64,000 nucleotides of DNA from the human T2T-CHM13v2.0 reference genome, Homo sapiens: the NCBI RefSeq assembly GCF_009914755.1, contig NC_060944.1, one strand, 5' to 3'. A program made the translations under genes and the position numbers. The notes beneath the pieces are model-generated. The model did no database searches. It saw nothing but the letters and a program-made list of their open reading frames with translations, and was not told where the DNA came from. Below, in pieces: positions 43,720-59,905 of the stretch (position 1 is the first letter of the stretch; each line of letters opens with the position of its first letter).

Positions 43720-45175
43720 AAGAAAATGCCCTAAGGAGACGGGTAGGTCAGCTCAGCTGAACAAGTGTAGTCCCCTGGAGTCTACTCTATGTCTAGGCTA
43801 AGTTTTCTTAGGTGTTTCGCATCTATTATCTTTTTAAATCCTTACCACAGCCTGTTTGTTATTTATCTTCATTTTAAACATAAAATTACTTTATTTTTTC
43901 ATTCCATTGAGAAAGTCTTCTAGGTGAATTTGAAAGCCAGGAGGAGTTGAACATGTTTGGCATTCCTCAAAAGAGAAAAGAAATGAGGGTTCAGAATGGT
44001 GAAATTTCTGAAACTAGGATGATGACTTCAAAAGATGATTTATGATACTTAGGTTAGGATGTTGCTACATCAGGTTAAATGCTGTCATTGGTTTTTGTTT
44101 TCCTTACAAAGAAGAAATAAATTTGTGGGTGGGGGTAGGGAGTTACTCAAACATACCTAATTTCTAATACTCTAAGCTACATATTTAAATACACTATTAT
44201 TTGTATTTCTCAGTTTCCCATTGTTTTCAATGTGCTTTTCTTAACACATTAATGATAGCTTAAAATTAATATTTTCTTCATGCTAAAACAAACAAAATGA
44301 TGAGAGAAAATTTAGGTATCCTTGTAAGCTAGTTCTCCTCTTTTCTTTCAATGTAATAAGCTTCTTTGTGACCCTGGCATTAAAATGTTTTGAAATGGTT
44401 ATTGGTTCACGGACATTAGGCTCTGTAATACCATTTTCCCTATCATCTGGATGTATTGCTATTTGTTTGAAGGCACATTCCACCATTATTGGTGCCCTCA
44501 CTAGCAGTGAGGGATGAGCCTGAGTGAACATTGGGAATAAAGCCAGTTGTTTCCTCTGCTGCATTACAAGGAAAGTTATTCAGGAACATGCCCACTGTGG
44601 CAAATTTACCAAGTGGAATATTTGTTGCCTTGACATTTTGGACTATCTACTGGCATGAAAAGTCAACAGAGAGGTATTTCTACACTTGCTTAGGAATTAT
44701 TTGATTAAATAGCATTGGAGGATAGAAATAACTGTTTTGTTTTATTTTTTACTTAAGGTGTAATCCTCTTAGTCAACCGAAGCTTACAGTGGCAGTGGTA
44801 TTCATTATTTTACTCAGATTTTTATTCTTTTTCATTAATGTAGAGCTTTGTACCCAAATGCATTCTATACATGTCTCTCATTACTTCTCTGGCAGCAAGA
44901 TAGCACTTCACTCCACCCCCAAACTAAACAGAATTTAATGATGGGCACTCCTTGCCTCATGAGGGGGAAAAACACAGTTTCCTGGTCGTGGTCTCTGAAC
45001 TGCAAAGACACACTTGAGGTTTATCCACTGAGTAAATAACTAGGGTGAAAAAGTCTTTGCCTCTGCAGCATGAACTAATATGACCCAGCCAAATTATGAC
45101 CCACCTGTTGATACTCTTAACAAGTGTGAGTAGGTAATATCATGTTTATGGTGAGTCCATGTCTCTGAGTAATTT

Positions 45176-45300
45176 AGGGCTGTGCTGCTCAATAGGGTAG
45201 CCCAAGCCATATGGTTCTGTAAGTTTACATTTAAATTGATGAAAAATTTAGTTTTTCAGTAGCGATAACTACTTTTTTAGTGCTCAGTAGCCACATATGA
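45176..45300. mobile_element. MER3-like fragment
   Basis: gctgtgctgctcaatagggtagcc...agtgctcagtagccacat. Confidence 0.6.
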
Positions 45301-45972
45301 CCCAGTTTAGACCAAAGAGACTTGAAATGTTTTCTGGGGCTCATAGTTGAAGAGATTTTCCTTTCCTGCTAGACATGGACAACAAGCTGCAGCTCTTGGA
45401 AGCTGTAGGCTGCCATCTTGGGGACATGGAAAGCTGCCTTAGGAAGAAGGAAACACTAAGGGTAGCAAAGAGACCAGAAGGAAGAAATTTTGTTTTTGGT
45501 GATAGCATAGAGCTGCCACATCAACACTTGCCCAAGACCTGTTCTATTTCTAGACCTATTATGTTCAATACTGTGGCCACTAGCCTCCTGTGGAAACTGA
45601 GCAAGTAAAATTCGGCTAGTTCAAAGTGAGATGCATTGTAAGTGCACAATACACATTGGATTTTGAAGACTTAGTATATAATAATAATGTAGATTGTCTC
45701 ATTAATCCTTTTTTGTATTGATTGCACGTTTAAAGGTTAATATTTTGGATATATTATGATAAGTAAAGTATGTGAAATTCATTGCACTTATTTTATTTTT
45801 TAAGTATGGCTACTAAAAAAATTGAAATCACGTGTGTGGCTCACATTATATTTCTATTGGACAGTGTGACTTCAGACATTTCAGTTACCTTAACAATAAA
45901 TTCCTTTCATTGCTCAAGTCAGTTGGAATCAAATTTTCTGCTGCTTGCAACATAAAGATTTCTAATCAATGC
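45292..45972 (+). mobile_element. Old MaLR LTR (MLT1J/K-like) split by MER33
   Basis: ggctgccatcttggggacatg; 3' end caataaattcctttc...gcttgcaac. Confidence 0.55.
45556..45869. mobile_element. MER33
   Basis: ggattttgaagacttagta...tgtggctcacattatatttctattggacag. Confidence 0.85.
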
Positions 45973-47859
45973 TTGGCATAACATTTCTATTTAAACTTTA
46001 TTTCTGCCCATTTATGCTTGCAACCATGACACACATACAAATGTATATGTGTGTGCACTGGCACTCACACATGCGATAAAAAGTGCTTTCCTGTGTTCCT
46101 AAATATCCATCTGAGATGCTAGCTCATTACATAAAACTTTCTGACTCTCAGCTTTTCACATCTGAAACGTAAAAAAAAGATTTGTAACTTAGATATTTCC
46201 ATGACTATATTCATTCTACTGATTATTTTCTGTGTTTGATTCACTTTTATTTATACACTGAATTGTCATTAAATTGTCTTCTTATTTCAGTTTTGGGGTA
46301 CTTTTCTTCTCTCTTTGATTTTTTTTGATGCCACTAAAATTACAACCATTTACTTAGCTAGTAAGACTGCATGTAAGTGGCAGTGAAGAATGAAAAAGAA
46401 AACTATCCAGTCAAAAGAAGTAATTTTAAAAATGTTGGAGTGTGAGATTTTATACTATAGGAAAGTAAGTCACTACCAGATATGTTATTTAAAGATTTTC
46501 TTTAAACTTTTAAGCCTATATATTTAATTTCCTAGTTTTTTTTTTTTTTCTAAAAAAAAGGCAAAGATAAAATTACAAGCTTTAAGATAGGAATGAAAGT
46601 CATTTGGTCATCTGTTTATGACTAGAAAACCTTTATGTTCTATGAAATGCATATAGATTAAGGGAAACTATATATAGCCAACCAAAATAAAACAGCCATG
46701 CTGTGTGTTTTATCAAATTACTTCTTAAAATAGGAAAACACTCAATAATAAGCTGCATATAGCTCCCTAATTACTACAGTTTTACTTTATATGATGTTTA
46801 AGGGAATTTTTGAGATATCTCCTTACCATTTTTTCTATGAAAGTGATAATTTAAATATAATTTTATAGCATATGTTTTTATTTTTATATTTCTTCCAGTT
46901 CTTTAGGACATTAATCATTATTGAAATTTTGTCCTTCCCCCATCTCATTTCTTTGCTTTTTACCTCCCTGGCTTTCTTTGTATTGAAAAAGCTAGGTTCC
47001 TTCTAGGAGAGAAGTGTCCTATGTATATTCTGATTTCTTTTTTGTGGAGAAATGAGTGACTGTTGAGTAAAGTCATGATGGAAGTGCCATTTGAAAAAAA
47101 CACAAGTTCATTATATTTCGTTATTCATCCTAATTTTCAAGTAGAATTGCAGTAAGCTAATCATTGATTAGGGTGCTGTTAGAGTTGGCAGTTAGGAAGG
47201 TAATTCTGTGAGTGAGGTGGAAATTATTTGGCTAAATAATGTGGTTTTCCACCTTTCACTATTATACCGCTTTTGTGAAATATTTTTAATTTTGATTATA
47301 GAAAGTTTTAAAATTAAATAGTTGTGTATAAACTTATTGAATTTAATCCCTATATATATATTAAGTTCTCATCGACTGCATGGCACTATGAAAGACTATG
47401 ATTTGGAAAACCTTTCATTTTCCTTTGGGGCAAGTACCAATGACTGTGTTAAACAAAGTAATTCCTAAATATGGCCTTAAACTCTCTTCCCCAAAACAAA
47501 CACATTCCTCAAAGTAACCCTGAGTGAGCAGAAAAGCAGTAGTTTACTAGGTATCTCTAAACCATATGCCCATATCCTAAACGTAGGGGTTAAGATGAAG
47601 ATTTTATGTGATTAGATTGGACAAATATGGGAAATCCACTCATTCATTTATTCATTCATTCAACCAACATTTATCAAATACTTATCATAGTGAATCTATA
47701 TCACCAAGAAGAAAGTTTGGGAACATTTCTGCTGAGGAAAGTAGGGGTTATATTAGCAATGTTTTATTTTATGTATTTGATACCTTGAATGGATCATTTT
47801 TACCATACTTTCCTCTACAAGATAAAATAATTTACTGTAGTAATCAGTAATAACCGGTA

Positions 47860-48590
47860 TTTTCTCTTTTCTTCTTGAGATGTAATTTACATATAGTAAT
47901 ACTCACCATTTTAAAGTGTATAATTCAGTGTTTTTTTACATTAAAAAGGTTATGAAACTGTTACCACTATTGAATTCCAGAACTTGCATCATTCTCCAAA
48001 ATAAACCTTAGACCCATTCATATTCATTCCTCATTTCTCTTCCCCCCTGTCTTCTGGCAGACTACTTTCTGTCTCTCTAAATTTGCCTATCCTGGACATT
48101 TCATATAAATACAGTCCTACATTATGTGGCCTCTGTGTCTGTTTTCTTTAACTTAATGTTTTCAAGATTCATCTATGTTGTAGCATGTATCAGTACTTCA
48201 TTCCTTTTTATGAGTGAATTAAAAATATTCCATAGTATGGATATAGTACATTTTGTATATCCATTTATCAATTGTTGGACATTTGGATTGTTTCAACTTT
48301 TTTTTTTTTTTTTTTTTGCTCTTATGAATAGTTCTGTTATAAACATTTGTGTACAAGTTTTTGTATGAACATATGTTTTCAGTTATCCTGCATATACACC
48401 TAGGAATAGAATTGCTGGGTCACATAGTAATTTTATGTTTAATTTTACAAGGAACCACTAAACAGCTTTTCACAGTAGGTGCATCAGCAGCAGCGACGTA
48501 TGCAAGTTCCAATTTGTCCGCATGGTTGCCAACACTTGTAGTTTTTGCTTGTTTGATTATAGCCACCCTAGTAGGTGTGATGTGTTTGAT
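47860..48590 (-). mobile_element. L1MB/MC-type 3' end
   Basis: atttgcctatcctggacatttcatataaat and cacctaggaatagaattgctgggtca. Confidence 0.85.
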
Positions 48591-49543
48591 TTATTCTTTA
48601 GTTTAGAAAGAGTGAACAACTTTTTAATAAATCATAAATTTAAAATTATATAAATTATTTTGATTTAATAAAATTTGCATTTTTATCAAAATTATTAAAA
48701 TCTTGCAGCTTACAGTAGTTCACTCAAATATTGAGCACTATTTAAAAATGCAAGAATTCAAATAGAGTAACATAATTGAAATAGCTCAAAGTCTACTTGT
48801 CTGTAAATTCAGAGGCTATTATTGTTCATTAAGAGTCTTCTGATTACAAGAGAAGATATGTAGTACCACATAGACAAAAACTATGCCTGAAACAAGTTTG
48901 AATAATTACAAAGAATTGTGAACTTACTCTCAAAACAAATGCATGTATCTGAGTCCTCATGTCCCTTGGGCCAGCTGTATAATTGGGACTTCTGTGAATT
49001 AACTTGTAAAATAAAAGGATAATTTAAAAAAAATCTAAGTTGAAGCTTAGTATCTGCTACAGTTGTTTAGAAATTAGGTCAGCAAAATATTTTGGTAAGA
49101 GGAATAGTCTATAACTGACATTTTGAATTACAGCACATGTTGACAATAAAAAGCAGACCAAATTTTTTTAGTTTTATTATTGTTTCTAAATTTTCTATAT
49201 ACAACAAATTCCCTTATTATGTACACCTAGGGCAGAACACTTCCACTGCCACACTCTTGGTTTTAAAGCCTTTTTGTTTCCAAAGGGAATGCTTTATGTA
49301 TTACATGGAAAACATCTTGGTAAAGCAGAAAACTTTTCTGATTTGGTTTCCAATCAGGAAATAACTCTTCAACCAAAGATCCTAGCCCACCCTTTCATCA
49401 GAGTGCAGTAGAAGTGACTGGTGCAAAATAAATAAATGCTAGAAAGAAGACAGTAAAGCTTACATAGATAACCTCAGGGTCAACCCAAACTATTCCAGAG
49501 TAATAAGAAAAACATTATCTAAAACATATTCTAGAGAGCAAAT

Positions 49544-50082
49544 TGCATTAGTTATCTACTGCTGCATAACAAATTACTCTCAAACTTAGTTGCTGAAAAT
49601 AATAAATATTTATTATCTCATACAGTTTTTGGCATTCATGAGTTTAAGAACACCTTAGGTGAGAGATTCTGGCTCAGAACCTCTCTTATGAGATTGCCGT
49701 TAACCTGTTGATGCAGCAGTCATGTGAATGTTTGGTTGGAGCTGGAGGCTCTATTTCAAGGCTTACTGATGTGGTTGTTTATAGGAGGCTTCAGTTCTTC
49801 TCCTTATGGTCCTCTAAGTGAGGCTGCTCACCACTTGGCAACTGGCTTCTTCCCAATAAGTGAAGAGGTAAAGGGAGGTGGATGGGAGAGGGCACACAAC
49901 CAATATGGCAGCTACAATGTCTCTTACAACTTTTTCTCACAGGTAACATACCATGACTTCTTGCAATATTCTATTGGTCACCCAGACCAATGCTGGTGCA
50001 TTGTGGGAGGAAACTACATAGAGGTGTGAATTACAGAGGGTGGGGATAATTAGGGGTCATCTTAGAGGACAACTAACCCACC
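49544..50082 (-). mobile_element. MaLR solo LTR (MLT1F/G-like)
   Basis: tagttatctactgctgcataacaaattac...ggggtcatcttagagg. Confidence 0.8.
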
Positions 50083-53000
50083 AACCTCCCTCTACTTACA
50101 TTAATTTATAAATTTAGATGTTTATTATTAGAACACACTGCTTCTTCTAGAATGTTGCTTATTCTTGTCTTCTCTCTAGTTTTCTGAGTAAAGTATTAAA
50201 GTCTTTAGGAATTGCTTTACTTGGGCTGGATGGGCTCTGCTTAGTGATTAGAGTCACCTACTCACCGTATCTTTTAACTGAAGTTGGGTGTCCAACAATT
50301 AACCTTCCAATTTTTATTTCAAGGGTAGTTTTAAAAAGAGGCAGGTGTTTTAGCTCTAAGAATACCTGTATGTTTTTAGAACAGAGAAAGTGGGAACAAT
50401 GGAGAATGAAGTCACATATATTTTTTAATCTTGTTTTTACAGTAGGTGGTTTTAAGTCCTACCATATGATGGCTGGTATTTTCGAGAATTGTTTCTTTCT
50501 ATCAGTAGAAAATGTGTCCCTTCCAACGTTCCATTACTTGAATGTCTGTGTTAACCTAGAAAGACAGTAGGAGACTAAAACTTGTAATATTTTCATTACT
50601 TGAAAGATTAAATTATGTTTTATTGTATGAGTTCTTTAGTATTTTCCCTGGATAGGCCTTTTCTTCCCATCACACAAACAATAGAGACAACTTTATGAAA
50701 TATGAGAGAATTGTATTTTAATACTCTGAGGTAGGATCAAGCTACTTTCATCAGTTGATACAATTTTCCCCTAAAGAAATTCTAGCTGTGAGGGCCAATG
50801 GACTTGGGTTACATATAAGAATTATATATACATTATCATTTGCTTTTGAAAGTAATTATTCTAAGGCTAAGTTAGGTTTGAATTTGATTCTGAACAATGA
50901 TGATGCATTTGAACTGTTAGGGTAATTAGGACTATATCCCATTCACCCACACACTCTTTTTCATGTGTAGTCCTTTAAACTGCACAGCCTTTGAAGGATG
51001 GTTAGTTTGTATCTGGGGTTTGTGTTTTGTTTTTTTTTTCATCTACTTTTTGATTGCTATGTCATTGAAAAGTGCTTAATCACAGAGAGGATTACAAAAT
51101 AAAATCACCATTAGCATAAATCATTTATACTCATTTTAATGCTTCTTTCTTGTTTGTGGAGTTGGGTATTTGGAAGAGTGGAGAATATATAACCTTCTTT
51201 TTTAGTGTATTTTGTGAATCAGTTTTTCTCTCCTATTTTGTTTTAACATTTAAAATAAGAGACAAAGTCATCAGAGTCAAATTATGTATTTACATTTTTA
51301 TTAGAAAAATAATTGGTTAGATGAACTGGCTTATTAATGTAACATAATTTATTTTGGAAAATTTTTTAAAAGCTAAAATCTGTATTTAATATATGAATTG
51401 AAGAAACTGGAAATATATGAAGATATACTTTGTATTATACTTTTCATCCTTAGAAATGCACTGTTATATTGTTTAGGGAGACTTCATTCAGTTCCTAAGT
51501 AATTTGTTTTTAATTCTGGAATCCTTAGAAATACCATTTCAGTGGTATAACTAATGGGCAAACTGGAACTAACGGAAAGGAATTTTATTTCTTTATTCCT
51601 CCCACCAACCCCAATTCCTTGCACAGATTTACATGGCATGGCTCATGTAACACAATAGAAAGATTCCTGAAAATTGTATCCAACTTTTCTATCCCTATTT
51701 TAAATGCACTGAAGAATAGACTACTTAAATTAATCTAAAGGTAATTTTTCTTGTATAACTGTGGCTTGAAAACATTTAGTTTATATATCAACTGTGTTTA
51801 ATCATTCCAAGTTGTTTTTATTCAGAATAAATCCCTAAAGCAAGCTTTGCTGAGTGTCAACCCTTTGCTCTCTCTTACGACTGATTACTATGGTTGCTTC
51901 TTTGCTTGTAACTTTAATTTACGGAAAACAGGCTCTTGGTGTCCAGAAGGCAGAATGGGCTTGTTGAAACAGATGCTAGACCTAAATGGCTTTTAGCATT
52001 TCTGCCTCTGCCTCCTGGTTGCTTTTGTTGTATTTCTATGGGTGCCTTGAATAATGTGAGTCACTCAGGTGGGCAGAGTTCATAGAGATTAATTTCTGGC
52101 GTGTGAAGAGGAACAGAAAGCAGTAGAGGGGTAGATGTTCTTAGGATGATCCACATCTGTTCTTCTCTTGTCCCTGTGCTTCCTGGTCACCCACCTCCAG
52201 TTTCAGTTTTATTCCCATTTTACGATGAACATTAAACAATGTAATTAAGTTATGCAGGACCCATATTGTGTTTTAAATAACACTTCCAAAAGTATATCAT
52301 GGGTCAGTTCATAATTGTGAACAAGATTCTCTTGTTTAACATAGCAAAGTGAAGCTGAATCTCAAAATATTGTTCCCTCTTAACCCAATGGTATGAATAA
52401 TATAAAATTAAAAATCAGCACTGACCATTCACCATTCATCCATCCACCCATCCATCCATCTAGTCCAAGGAGGAAAAAACTCCCGATCGTCAATGAGAAG
52501 AAAATACTACTATCTAGCAAAGGAAGCAGATCTAAGCCCCAGAGACTGCATGTCTGGCTTTGGTAATAGGCAATGTGCATCTAGTTGCTCTCTGCATAAA
52601 CCAAATAGGGGAGAAATAAACAAAATAAAATCCTGAAAACACCCTACTCTCATCCCAACTGTGGAGAAGCTAATGGGGCAGGCTGAGAGAAGAAACAGGG
52701 ACATTTCCCTAAGGGTGGCAGTCTTCTTGCTCACAAGAGAGTAATATTTTTTCCACCTTGATGTCTCCATGATGGCATGAAATTAGGGGATAAAAAACAG
52801 AATGACCAAAAACAGTCAAAGCTAATTAACTTTTGCAATAAACAAGGTTGTAATTGATCAGTAAACAAAAGAGGAGAATGGGACAAAGGAGTTGGAATGA
52901 GTAGGGAAGTGTATACTAGAATCCCTGGGAGTTGACTTCAACCTGCCTATTGCCTTAATGCCTTATCTCTGTTATATCTGAGGAAGAGAGCAGCTAATTG

Positions 53001-53299
53001 GGTTAAATAAATCTCCTGAGGTACTCCTGATGGAAGTAGAGGCTCAGAGGCCCTGAGGTGAGTAAGGGAAACTCTCTGAAGCCATAGGCACTGAATTGAT
53101 TCCCAATAAAGTGAAGCAGACCTTGGCATAAAATAATTACAAAACCAGAGAGGAGATGGCAAAACTCCAAAACACTAACCAAGACCCTGCCAAAGCCCAA
53201 ACACTCCCCCTTGACAAATGACCCCTGGTATAAGCAGAACTCAAATTGTAGTTTATACGGGAAGCTAAATCTCAGCTAAGGTAAGAAGGGAATCAAAAA

Positions 53300-56076
53300 G
53301 AATTGACCCGTATTCTAATCATGCACATAGAGGTTCTAGATTAACCTGCCCAAGTTTATCATGGTTGACATGGAGACTAATAACAGGCAAATTAAGAAAA
53401 TAAAATGTAGGGAATCAATGAAGAACTAAATCTGTAGAAACAAGGACACATTATGTTTCAGGGGAGAAAAATGTGGGTATAAATGAGTAACACTAAAACA
53501 CACCTTTATTAAGCCATTAAGTTTCAAGTATTAATGGCAAAAACCGCAATTACTTTTGCACCAAATTAATATAAAGATGAAATTTTTCAGGATTTGGTGA
53601 GAAAAATAAACAAGTCACTTACACCACAAGCTCAAAAGCAGAAACAGATTATTTAATGATAAAACAGGGGATTACATGGGGAAATTGTGGTAAAGGGTAG
53701 AATAATCATTGATATCATTTAAGTATAGATGGAAATTAAACGATCATGAGATTGAGGATTACAGGAAGTAAATATTGTAAATTTTGACAACATACAAAAT
53801 TATTATTAAAAATGTTGAGAGAATCTTGACAATGGAAGATTGAATTGCTCAACTCTCTTTTTAGACATTGAACTAGAAGGCTGTGTAGAATAGAATGACT
53901 AAAAACAGACTTTAAAACTTACAAATCACCGAGGGGAAAACATGTATGTAACACATAAAGAGGCAATCCATGTAGAAGCTTAAAAACAAAAGAAACATTA
54001 CATTTAGAATGTAAAACATAAGAAGTTGATTGCATTTGTTATATCAATGAATATGAATGTTTAGTACTTGTTAAGATAATGATATATATGTAATATAAAT
54101 GAGAACAATACTCATATATTGAGTTACTACATGAAAAAAGAAATCCCATCTATATACTATATACAAGAAATAATTCTAAAGATGTTACTCATTGAATTAA
54201 AAGTGAACAATAAGGTAAACAGTTAAATGCTAACAAAAATAAAACTAAAATTCATAATACTACTTTCAGACTATTAAATCCAAGCCAAGAAAAGGGCTAA
54301 GTGAGATGAAAAAACTCAGTGTATGATAAAAGTTGCAATTCACAATGTGACTATAATTGTATAAATCTTTATGGTCTAAATAACATATCTAAAATGAAGT
54401 AAAATAAAAAGTTTTCAGCTGCAGGAAATGCAAAGAGAATTTAACAAAATATGGTGGTGGTAAGAGATGTTAATTCATCATGTCAGCCATTAAAAGATTA
54501 CGTAGAAAAAAAATTAGTTGCAATTTAAAGGGTCTGAATAAAATCGATAAAAAGTTAAAGCAAATGTAGATGTAGAAATAGATAACTTGATAGCCAGTTG
54601 GTTGGATGGATTGATGAAAGAATGAATTATGGCTATTTCTAGAGAATCACTTTATTGCAATACCTTAGGCCATACACGGAAATGAAACATATATTAGACC
54701 TCAAAGAAAACTTTTATATAGCCCAAAAAGGTAAAATAATATGAACTACCTCACTGGCCAATATATAATAAAACTAGAGCTTAATAGAAGGACAACAAAA
54801 TCCAATCACTTAAAAAAAACTTTCAAATAATTCTTGAGTTACAGAAGAAATCAAAAGAAAAATTATAAAAGATGAAGAAAACAACAAATATTTGACAAAA
54901 TGCAAGACCATTTTGCTATTACAATTGACCTAGAAAATAATATTCACGGCAATTTTGAAAAAGAAAAGTAATGAGGGATGAACTAACTTTATCAGATTTT
55001 AAAATACATCAGGAAGTTGCAATAATTAAAATAAATTGGTACTGGAGAAGAGCAAAATAAAGGGGCCACCCATAGATTTGCATATTTGTAACATTAATTT
55101 GTGATAATAGTATTATTTTTTAAATAACTGAGAAAAGAGAACCTTCAGTAAATAATGTGGAATAGCTGGCTAATTGTTGTAGAAAAGGATAAACCTGTAT
55201 CCCTATCTTAATTTCTACCTTAAAATAAATTCCAGATGGAAGAAAGTATTAAATATATTTTTAAAAGCCTGAAACAATTGTTCTTCAAAAGTTTTGCTAA
55301 ATGTACTTAGAATCTTGGCAGAGGGAAGTGCTATAAAAAGGATTTAAGACTCAAAATTTATAAAGAAAAGATCAATAAACTTCACAACATTAAACATATT
55401 AGAAAACAAACTTTGAGGAGAAAACAGTATGAGAAAGGACAAAAGACTAATGATAGACTGGAGAAAATTATTTGCATAAATATCAACATTAATTTTTCTT
55501 AATTTTTAAATCTCATAGACAAAAACAACCAACCTCATAGAAAAATATGAACAGTTCATTTGTAAACAAAGAAAAATCACTGGGTATTTAAACATAAATT
55601 GTTGGTAAGTCTCATACAGAAATAGAAGAAAAACACATAAATATAAATCATAGGGAAAATCTAATATTTATACCCACATTGTTTGGCAAATAATTAAACC
55701 TGGAAATTTCCAGAGTGGATATATTGATAAAGGACTCTCAATTCTGAGGATATAAAATATGGTGAACTATCTTGTGAGGTTTCAGAATATTTATCAGAAA
55801 TTTTGGTCATACTATTTGACCAAAAACGTTTTCACTGAGAGGAATTTACCCTCAGCAAATACTTGGAGAAGTTCACCAACATGTTTGTACAATGATGTTC
55901 ATTCCAGCTTTATTTATACACCCTCTCCTTCTGACACACAATTGAAAACAATGGTAGGATTCGTTAATATGAGACTGTTTAAATAACACAATATGATGAA
56001 GAATTATGAAAATCTTTTAAAATTAACTGTTTTTACTGAAAGGGAAATAGCTGTAGTGTATACAATTATATTAATA
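53300..56076 (+). mobile_element. Highly degenerate old L1 (L1ME-like); probably continues at ~59920-60200
   Basis: Long A-rich tract with ORF2 remnants (aaagtaatgaggga...atcagattttaaaatacat; aaaataaattccagatgga). Confidence 0.6.
53513..53569. mobile_element. MADE1 (Hsmar1 MITE), partial
   Basis: taatggcaaaaaccgcaattacttttgcaccaa matches the mariner TIR; followed by TA. Confidence 0.85.
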
Positions 56077-56091
56077 CTTTTAAATAATCTT

Positions 56092-59905
<3,814 letters not shown>
